64,000 nt of DNA, taken from assembly GCA_002269645.1 (NCBI GenBank), contig NIVC01003871.1:8796-72795 (forward strand), given 5' to 3'. Made by a program: the position numbers and the translations under genes. Source of the DNA: Macrostomum lignano (lineage: Eukaryota). The notes under the pieces are model-generated. The model was not told where the DNA came from. It searched no databases and saw nothing but the letters and a program-made list of their open reading frames with translations. This document shows positions 54,900-64,000 of this stretch, piece by piece (position 1 is the first letter of the stretch; each line of letters opens with the position of its first letter).

Positions 54900-55149
54900 T
54901 CTGAGGGGCTGATGACGCAGTCATGCGCGATCACATTTTTCTGGATTTCTATCAGCGTTAGTAGTACAAAAATACACAGATAAAATTCATTAAGGGTCAT
55001 TCCAATTTCGCTAGTCTTCACAAGTTTTCTTTGCTAATTTTAACCAAATCAGTCTTAGTTAATAACTTTTTAGGGCACTGCTGCATGTGAAGGTGACAGT
55101 CAGACCGGCAGTCAGCGAGGACGCAAAGCAGCCAGGCCCATTCAGCTGA

Positions 55150-55270
55150 CCCCTCAGCACGCACACGAATGCTAATGCTTTCGCTTAATGCGAATGCTTG
55201 AGCAGGCACAAGCTCACACAGGGTGTACACTGCAGCGGCCCTGACTTTTCCATCGTCTGGCATGTACACG
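55150..55270 (-). repeat. Hairpin-containing dispersed repeat, copy C
   Basis: Reverse complement GTGTACATGCCAGACGATGGAAAAGTCAGGGCCGCTGCAGTGTACACCCTGTGTGAGC aligns to copies A and B. Confidence 0.7.
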
Positions 55271-56593
55271 CTTCCCTCTAGCCGGTCTCTAGCCAAGGAA
55301 GGGAACACAATGTTAGAGGGCGTCAGTTTAAAACATTTAAGAAATGCTGCTTGTGAAGAGAACAAGGCAATCTTTAGCATTGCATCAGACAGGAGTTTAC
55401 GAGTAGCCAGGAAGTCGGGAATGCTTACAGGAATTGCAATTAACTTTTTTGTCTTAAATTCAAAGAGCGATTTTCATAGTAGTTTTCTCGCTAATGCTTT
55501 TTCAAGTGAAAACCGGCCTTAAAAATGTTTGATAAATTTTGACGTCCTATTGTCCGGACTCTAGGATCCAGCAGCAGTACTCACAGCACATGTTTAGTGA
55601 CGATGACTTTCTCACTTGTCAGGACAGATGCACTCTTACTGTTTATGGAGCTGAACTCACAATGCTTTTTATTAATAATTTATTTATTAATTTATTAATA
55701 ATAATTTAGCTAAATATTGATTATGAATCGTGGTTTCCTGGCCTATGGCTACTGGCTTAATTAGTTTTGGGTCTTGGTGGATTATTCGATTTTTATTGAT
55801 GTAGCTACTAGTTTTAGAAGTAGAATTATAGAATGAACCCAAGAATCCAACAAATGTACTTTTCAAGTGTACTTTCCAAAGTATCTCAAAGTGCTTGGCG
55901 TGACTCCTAACTAACTAACTAAAATAAGTAAAAAAGGCGCCTAAGCCATTGAACAGGCTGTTACGCCACTAAGATAAATTAGTTTCCAGGCTGGGAGTGT
56001 ACTCAGGTACACTAGGCTTCTAAATTAGGCTATAGGAGACTGTGACCAATCAAGCCGAGCAGGCGACACCAGTCGGGCTGAGGGCGGGCCCTACCCCCAG
56101 CTGTCGGGGCGTCACGCCTACTCCAAACCGCATTACTAACCTCCCCGGGGCCAGCGAGGGTTAAGCGAACCAATCAGGGAAGCCCGTGCCTTCTCTGGAG
56201 TTAGTGTGCCCAAAAACGGTCATGAAGACCCTCTCACGGCCGTGGCAACCCGAAGGAGACTCCCCCCACTAGACCCCGGGTACTCTTGCCAAGACAGTCT
56301 CTTATCTTTGAAGCGGCAGGAGGGCTATTCGCCGGGACTATTTCACCCTTGCTTCGGCTTGGCGTGACTCCTTTAATATTAAAAAATAAGAGTCCATACA
56401 AACCGCAAACTCTCCAACTAACCAGAATACTGGACATTTACCTGGGCTAAATCTACTAATAGTAGCGTAAAAGCGAATTTTCCGTCACGAAAATTTGTCC
56501 TCCAAAGAAATGTGGTCTTACAATTAGAAAGCAGGTAGATTTTTTCTTTCTAAAGGAGGTATTTTTTCCTGATTAAAACATGCAGACATGCTT

Positions 56594-56678
56594 ATATGCC
56601 ACACCTTCTATGGAAAGCTTTATTTGCTATCAAAAATATGCCACACCTTCTCTGGAAAGCTTTATTTGCTATCAAAAA
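56594..56678. repeat. 42-bp tandem duplication (ATATGCCACACCTTCT.TGGAAAGCTTTATTTGCTATCAAAA) x2
   Basis: Two near-identical adjacent units. Confidence 0.9.
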
Positions 56679-57266
56679 TACTTGTTCTTTATTTACCATT
56701 GAAGATGCTAAGATGCGATCTCCTAGTAATCAATACCCACTCGTGATACGATTTCATGCAGTAAGACCGAGAAGCCGAGAGGCATCGGCTTCTCATCGAT
56801 CCGACTCCACTGGTGAGCTCTCAAAGGGCGGGCGAACTTTGTTAATCTCGCCATGGAGTTAATGCAGAGTGCAGACCTGCGCCCTACAATATATACTGCT
56901 CTCAGCCCTCATTCTCGGTCAATATTCCGGTCTGAAAATTTAATGCAAACCTTCTCATTCGCATCATCCACCCCCAGGAGAAGATGGAGAGCGGAGAGGC
57001 AGAGAGCACTAAGAAGGAATTGATAATGCTATTGAGGCAGTGGGTAATGGGCTGATGCATCATGAGGCTGATGCAAGGCTCTCAGGCGCCCGCTCAGCAC
57101 TCGGCTTGGCTGCCCCTCTATGGCCAGAAGTGGTTCCAAAAATGTTACTCGGAGCGCGATAGTCTGCTAATGGAGGGCGATTTCGCAAAGATCCCCGTAA
57201 TAAAACAGACTGACTGATTCGCTTGTAAAAAAAAAGCCTGACATTATTACTCCAATAGAAGAAAGC

Positions 57267-57725
57267 ATGGCAGGACCTCTAACTCCAAGCCTGTTTATGG
57301 AGAGCGGCTCCTACAACTCTAAAGTGATGGTGCGCTACCGCCTCGTTGAGAACAACCTGAAGCTCATGAGCGAAATCGGCGCGGACAATGTCCAAGTCAC
57401 CAGCGTTGGATCCGCGAATGACGAGCTGATGGACTTCCGAATTCAGGTGTCAATGTATGACCAGGTGTTCGTGCGGGCTGCGTTCGACTTGGTTGAGCGA
57501 GGCGCCGTGATCATGCTGGAGGTGCTGGTGATGCGCGCCGTCGGAAAGTCGCGGACAATTGTGACCAGGATGTGCGGCATCTGCTCGCAGAGCCAGGCGA
57601 CCGGCCGGTCGTCGACCTTCAACCCGCCGATGGAGCTGACCGCCCGGCTCAAGAAGCACAATGAGGAGGACCTCAATGTTAACCTGTCCGAGGCCTTCCG
57701 TCTGCACAAGGGATCAATCAATTGA
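57267..57725 (+). CDS. Uncharacterised 152-aa protein, single exon
   Basis: Good start context (aagcATGG), C/G-ending codon bias like the other genes, non-repetitive sequence, AATAAA at 57889-57894. No family recognised. Confidence 0.7.
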   Translation: MAGPLTPSLFMESGSYNSKVMVRYRLVENNLKLMSEIGADNVQVTSVGSANDELMDFRIQVSMYDQVFVRAAFDLVERGAVIMLEVLVMRAVGKSRTIVTRMCGICSQSQATGRSSTFNPPMELTARLKKHNEEDLNVNLSEAFRLHKGSIN

Positions 57726-58620
57726 GCCTTCAGTAGGAGTCTGGGTCTGTGCATAAGCCACTTGTCAATGAACTGTTGAGAGCTGGCGACTCGTATTTTT
57801 ATTTCGATTCGTTAATTTCAAACAAAAATTGTTCTCAAACTTGAGTTTATCTGCATATACTCTGGCCGCTGGGATAAAAATACTGTAAAATAAAGTCATG
57901 AGCAAGTCTGCAGTTGGCGGTTGACAATCAACAGTTCCAAATCAAAGCAAAGTGGACTAACAAAAACATTTTGTATTTTTTAACTAAGCAATGCTTTGAT
58001 CAAAAACGCTATTTTAGCTACTTTTAGTACTACTCTTAGATTGACCGTATTTACAGTTGCCAAACAACACAAAAGCAGTGAACTTAGCATCGTGTGTTTT
58101 GAAGAAGCTTGAAAGTGGAATACTAGGCATTGTGCTCGCTAAGGTAGCTGCTGGGACTGTACTACACTGCATGCACTATAGTGCACACATTTATACTTGA
58201 TGAAAGCTAGCGGACCGAGGTATTGTATTCAGCGCGTATACTCTGCAATGTTATTTGCTACGCCTCATTTGCTTAACAAACAGGATGCTAGGGCCACCTA
58301 TTTGTCAAAGGCTACCGCAGTATCTCAGATGCTGTGATACCCCAGCAGCATCTCTTCAAACAAATTAAAATAACGTGCAAGAATGGAATTATTAGAAACT
58401 GAACTCTTTTGCACGTCTGGCTTTTCTATTGCTTTACTTTGTTGTTTTCTAGCATCAAAGATCCTGCTAACGGCTGGGCGGGAGCGGAAAATGGAAAAAT
58501 AGACTCCAAAGAAATAAATTCACAGCTAAACGAGCTCGAATTACTTCATCAGAAGCTGCGCGTCACACTTTTCCTGTTTGCTTTCTACTAGAAAAAGTCT
58601 ATCACAGGTGAGTACTAAAC

Positions 58621-58920
58621 TCTAATAATAATAATAGTAATCATAATTGATTACTCCTGCCCCAATGGCCAGATGTGCAACCGACAGCTCAGCTGCAGCT
58701 ATTGCACGGCACATCTGAAGGCTGCGTACGGCTGTTCAGTACAAGAACTGCGGGGTCGCCACACACATCCCCATTTTACAGTTGGGGGAACTGAAGCAAT
58801 ATAGAGCAATATAGAACGGTATCTTGCTCAAGGACACAAATTGTTCCAGTGCGATCAGGAATCGAACCCCCCCCCTGACCTTAAAGTCGTGAGTCCGATG
58901 CCCTAACCACTAGGCTATAT
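58621..58920 (-). mobile_element. tRNA-derived SINE, copy 2
   Basis: Reverse complement of 34343-34670, including A/B boxes, body and AT-rich tail. Confidence 0.85.
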
Positions 58921-59015
58921 AAGTGTCTATATTTTTCTTATGTATTGAGTAGTGCAGAAAACGAGCTCAGCAATTTGAAACTTTTTCCAAAACCCCAAGA
59001 TACGAAAAGCACAAG

Positions 59016-60668
59016 ATGCAACGGACACAGCTGCTGCTGCTGCTGCTGCCGCTGGCCTCTCGCTGCCAGTCGCCTTCGTCCGCAGCGTCAGCTGTCCCGA
59101 CGCCGGTTGGCAGCGTGTCCCATCGCGGCGCCAGCCTTCAGGTGTTCGAACTGTCAGGGCTTCGCTTCGTTGAGCCCTTCATGGCGGTGCGCACGGACGT
59201 CTGTCTGCCGAGCGTGTACTTTGACCACATCGCCGTGCAGTATTCGCTGCGGCTGCCGCTGACGCTGGAGACCGTCGGGCTGCCGGGCGCGGCTTCGTTC
59301 GCGCTCACCCGCCTTGAGCCGGTCCTTCGCGGTCCGTCATAATCGCCCTCGGTGTCAGTTGACTGCAGCCTCGAACGGGCGGGCGAAGCGACGCTGGCAT
59401 TTTGGTGCAACACATTCGACCGGTGCCAGCAGCTCCGCTGGGCGGCCGTGTCCTCGCCGCAGACGCTTGCCGCCGCCGTCAAATTCACGGCCGAGGGCGT
59501 GGCTGGTCAGGGCACAGCGGTGACGCTGACAGGCCGGCGACTGCAGACGCTGCCGCTGCCGGCGGCGCCGGGACCCTGCAGCTCCAGCGAATGGGTGGTG
59601 TTCCAGCAGCGGGTGGATGGCAGCCTGTCTTTCCAGCAGAACTGGCAGACCTACGAGCGCGGCTTCGGGCATCCGGACTCCAACTACTGGATGGGTGAGA
59701 AATTCGGGTCTGATCCAGCAAATGTGACGCTTAAGATCTTAATGAAGAACTTGGGTTTTCTTAAACGCGTCTGATTCTCGCACCGCGACCCCTCTGCATC
59801 GATTCTGTGAGCGGCCACATTCATTTGGGGCTTGTGTGCACGAAAATTGGCCGGGTTGTTGTTGTGCCATTCACACCAATGAGGGTCAACCCCCAAGGCA
59901 CAGAGAGTGGACATGCCTGACGATTAGAATGTCAGGGCCGCTGTGCATCCTGTGTGGGTATGCGTATGAGTGTGTGCCTGCGTACAGTATCGGGGCGCTT
60001 GAATGCGCTCAGGAGCCAGCGGAATGGGCAGAATTGACTCGGTACTGGTCGGATGACGATGTCGCCGAACGAGGGCCCGCAAAACCCTCGTACGAATAAT
60101 ATTTTTTTATTTTCTGGAGCTTATTAAAGCAAAAAAAGGTGCTCCAGGGTTTCCCTAGATTTTGACTCTTTTATCCAGTAAGAATTGCACGCCAATCCAA
60201 CCAGGACTCGAAAGACTCAGCGCCGCGACAATCGGATCAGTAGGCAGAAACAACGGCAAGTGCGCTCTGCGCATTGAAGTTGTCGATGTATATGGAAATT
60301 CCTACTGGGCCGAGAGCAACTACTTTCAGGTGTATGGACCATCGAATAACTACGTATTTAGAGTACCTACGACTTTACGAGGCGGGTCACTGTACAGCTA
60401 CATATTTTACTACCACAACAACAAACGATTTTGGACATACGACCGGGACATAACATCTTCGTCATACTGCTCTTCTACGTACAGCTTTGGCTGCTCAAAG
60501 TCCAATGGCCACGGTGGCTGGTGGCATTCCAACAACTTCCGGTTTAACTTGAACGCTCTGTACACCGAAAAGTACGTCAGTAGCAGTCAGGACGGATACA
60601 ATCAGGTGGCGCTATCCTCCAGCACGCTGAGAGATGTTAGAACGACCAAGATGATGTACAAGTGCTAG
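59016..60668 (+). CDS. Secreted fibrinogen-related domain (FReD) protein, 2 exons, with an in-frame TAA at 59340-59342 (null allele, pseudogene, sequence error or micro-intron)
   Basis: join(59016..59694,60205..60668) = 381 codons. Signal peptide; WVVFQQRVDGSLSFQQNWQTYERGFG, YWMG|GLERL, LRIEVVD, GGWW and NLNA are FReD motifs. ORFs 59016 and 59352 share a frame and are separated by a single stop. Confidence 0.85.
59881..60100 (+). repeat. Hairpin-containing dispersed repeat, copy B (FReD intron)
   Basis: Aligns with copy A; ends in a further hairpin ACGAGGG-loop-CCCTCGT. Confidence 0.75.
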
Positions 60669-62249
60669 AAGGATCATCGAAGGTGATTCAGCTATAAAAG
60701 ACTAAAGTTAATTCATATCGATTTTTTTAGTGTTTCGTAATACGATTAAAAAGAATGTTATCCAGACTAACGCCCATTGGCTCACCACACTACGGATAGC
60801 CAAAGCAGAAGGTCTCTGCACTAGTGAATCATGCATATTTGCTGTAGGCCAGATCTGAGCAGCAAAATATATTTTCAGTTCTTAAGAGATAGGAATCTTT
60901 ATCCTTTTAGCACTAAATTCCTAGTATCTTCGGAGACTGGAGACCCAGACGAAGTTCCAACTGTTCCTGTCTCTTTAATGTATTTTTTTACAGACAGAAT
61001 TTGCTAGCTCCGATTTTTTCGTCTGAATTTGTCTATGGCGAAACCCCATTCAGCCTACGAGTATGCAAGTGAGCGATTGTAGAAGTCCTTATGCTTTAGA
61101 TGTCCATGATCAACAATGTGAAAAACGAGCATATAATTAATCAGCTAGATTTTCGTGCCTATTCGATTTAAGAAACTATTGATATTATGTATAATATCTA
61201 TCGAAGAAACGGCAAGCTTTATTTATTATCAAATGTATGTATTTTCACAGCATTCAAGGTACTTTCATTTTTTTATTGTTTAAATTTGAAAGCTTCAAAT
61301 AAAACCCAAATGTTGCAACGTCACTACTTTTTTTTCAAAAAAAACTGAGAGGCAAATTGATTCCCGAAATGCTTTATTCATTATTCATTTAAAATAGTTA
61401 TCTTTATGCTTTTAGGCCGCATTTAGGCCTCGTATATTATTTTGCTTTAAGGTAGATTAGTGATAATTTGTTTTACTGCGTGTTAAATTCGCCGAAATCC
61501 GTTATATTTAAACTATTGAATTGGCTTTGGAGGAGGGCTATGGTGGAAGTCGCGGTTGATACCTTAACTCCGGTTCACATTATCCCTAGTAGCTCCGCTA
61601 AAATCTGAATACCGCACCAACAAGCCCGTGATATCTAAGGATTGAATATTGGAATTGTTATGAAAGTTGTTTTAGCGAGTCATACCACAGGCCAGCCAGT
61701 GCAGTTCAAGACAACCCCAACCAACATTACTTAATCGCATTCTGCTGCCTATAAGCTACCCAGAGCACCAAACAAGCCCCGCAAGTATCTGTGTCCAAAC
61801 GGAATCAGTGTGACCCAATCAACCTGTCGCAGTTGATTGCAGCTGCCGCGCTTCTTGCCCTGCGCCTTGTTGCGGCTTCGGTATCCAGACTGTCCACACC
61901 AAGATCAACTTGCTGTTGATCTTTGACGGCTGGCGGGCCGACCCACCCGGCTGGCGCCGGCGCAGAATGTTTACTTCCTCGGGCTTTTCGACATGATGAG
62001 CTTGGCTCTTTTGTCTACATCATGAGTTCTTGCAGCCTGTAGAGTATCTTAAAAGTTGCTCCAGAGAGAGTCGTTGCGGAGCCTATGATTAGAGAGTAAG
62101 AGTGAGACTATGATTCGGTTTCAGATCAGTGTCTTTAAACTGGCACGTTTTTGATACGCTTCCCAGTTCGCTGTACCACCATTCTCCTGAAGGCCTGAAG
62201 GCGTACCTGAAGGAAGGTACGAGTATATCTGATGAAGACGACGTTTGTG

Positions 62250-62560
62250 AGGCCTTTAAACTGTTTTCTGAGAGTCTCGATACTTGTTGCAATGTTTTCA
62301 CTCGTTTTGCTGTTTGCGATCTCCTTGTACAAGTCGCTGATTTCCTTTCCGGCTGTGTAAAGCTAAATTTAGCGCTTTTGGGCCTCATTGGTGATGCTGC
62401 TGGCCGCCTGGTAGAGCTGTAGGTTGTCAGCCGTCTTCTCTAACACTGAATGTTCCTGGAGGAGGCAGTTGCAAGGCCATGGCTCGCTCTTGCAAGCTTG
62501 AACCAGTCGAGTGAAGTTTCCTTGAGTTTTAAACAAGGTTGGCGATCGTTCGCAGTACGA
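62250..62560 (-). mobile_element. Possible decayed LINE ORF1 (gag-like zinc-knuckle) remnant
   Basis: ACKSEPWPCNCLLQEHSV followed by a helical segment resembles the ORF1 CCHC region of I/Jockey-group LINEs; many lesions. Confidence 0.3.
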
Positions 62561-62793
62561 ATTTAAATACGTAATTATGCGATAAAAGCAACTAATAGAT
62601 TCTGTACTGCTCAATTAACCATAATAATATTTATGCGTTTATAATAAATATGGATAAGATATTGTCACAACAAGAACAAAACACAAGCACGAAACAAGTA
62701 GATGAAATTCCTTCCTTCTTCCTTCTTCAAGCCTTTCACGAAGTCTTCAGTAGCTCGTACCATTCAGCACTGATGACGAAGGCATCCATGATT

Positions 62794-63559
62794 TTAACAA
62801 CTAAAGTTATTTGGATTCTGACAGATTATCCTTTCTTTCACTGCCTATTATTGCAGACTCGTACTTTGGCAGCGATGCTTTGTGCAAGTGCTCCTCTCTT
62901 CCGACTGACTTACAGCCACGTCGTTCATTTTGTCAGTTACACCTTCACCCGCCTTCATTGCCCATGGCTGCAATTCACCTGCAATTCAAAAATATGTTAT
63001 TAGTTTATCAAATGTTCACAAACATTGCTTCACAAATTAGTCGTTAAAACACACAGAAGTTTCTTTGAAAACAACTCACCCGAACCCAATAGTGAGTAGA
63101 CAACTACGCCGCCGGTCAGAACTGATCCAGTCAGGATGAACGGTTTCTGCCAGTTCCATAAGGTCTGCAAGAAGATTTTCAAAAAGCAACATCGGGATGG
63201 GCGGGAATTTATGCATTTTGAAAGGTTGCTCTTTTATATAGAAAAGAAACGTCAATTCAAAATAATCATTTCGAGCTTTTTGCGACGAATAACGAGCTTT
63301 ATAAGCATGTCATGACAAACCTGCGGTTGTGTCATCGCGCCAATGACGATGGACGACAGTATGCCGCCCAGGGTGCCAAAGCTAGCAGAGATGCCAATCA
63401 GCAGCGACGCGAATTGCGGCGCCAAGTCCAGATGGTTCACCTGGCAGCCGGCCACTGTGACGCCGGATGCTCCGACTCCGAGATTCAACAGCAGGACGGC
63501 GGCTATGCCCGATTGGACTCCGGACAGAGCGTAGCAACAGGCCGCTTCCAAGCCGAAGC
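62794..63559 (-). CDS. 3' exons of an SLC17 vesicular glutamate transporter-like gene (5' part lies beyond the window)
   Basis: Exons 63321..63559 (GFGLEAACCYAL...VNHLDLAPQFASLLIGIS...GAMTQPQ), 63080..63164 (TLWNWQKPF...YSLLGS) and 62914..62978 (GELQPWA...) have matching GT-AG phases; the last exon ends at TAA 62794-62796 (acceptor uncertain). Confidence 0.88.
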
Positions 63560-64000
63560 CTGCGATATTGTAGAATATTGCATTAGCGGCTGCTGGGCGG
63601 TGTTCTTAGCATTGTCTGCTGATTTTCCATGCAGGAATGGCATTCTTGAACGCTTTTGTGTTCAGGAATGGATATAGGATTCAATACTTGGTTTTGAGTA
63701 GTATTGTAACACGATATTTATTTCTCGTGCATTAAATGACTCCAGCCAATACGCGATCACGAGCCATTTAAGCACGTTTTAGTTTAACTAGCAATCTAGT
63801 GCGGCCCCCCTTCGGGCGCCCAATAAGAAAGGAGCAAAATAGTTCATGGAAAACAATAAAAAAACACATTTTCTTAAACACTAATTCCTTCTTCACATTT
63901 TAAAAATCACCTTATTCGTGTAAAATTGTCACGGACTAAGATGTTTGCAAAATTAAAAAAATCACTTTTTCTCTAAAATTAACAAACAGTCAACAAAATA

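Overview
Eukaryotic (animal) genomic DNA with spliceosomal GT-AG introns, GC-rich exons and a very high density of micro/minisatellites and decayed transposons. This overall pattern resembles the free-living flatworm Macrostomum, which is an inference and not verified. Hand-assembled genes, in order: (1) a complete 3-exon minus-strand gene absent from the ORF track, encoding a 95-aa prepro-peptide (signal peptide, acidic pro-piece, KR site, 56-aa six-Cys EGF-like peptide) with CCAAT/TATA and AATAAA; (2) a 9-exon SLC7 LAT-type amino-acid transporter light chain (502 aa); (3) a 7-exon, 7-cadherin-repeat protocadherin (about 1106 aa); (4) an intronless KChIP/NCS-type EF-hand protein; (5) an intronless 152-aa ORF I cannot assign; (6) a 2-exon secreted fibrinogen-domain gene interrupted by one in-frame TAA; (7) the 3' exons of a VGLUT-like SLC17 transporter on the minus strand. 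Mobile DNA includes Tc1, mariner and IS630/Tc1 derivatives, hAT-type MITEs with 8-bp TSDs, RTE and other LINE fragments, tRNA-derived SINEs, and a 4-copy repeat with a conserved nested hairpin. Most long ORFs in the supplied track are tandem-repeat artefacts. No CRISPR array, rRNA or intact tRNA was found. All coordinates were counted by hand; repeat boundaries are approximate.
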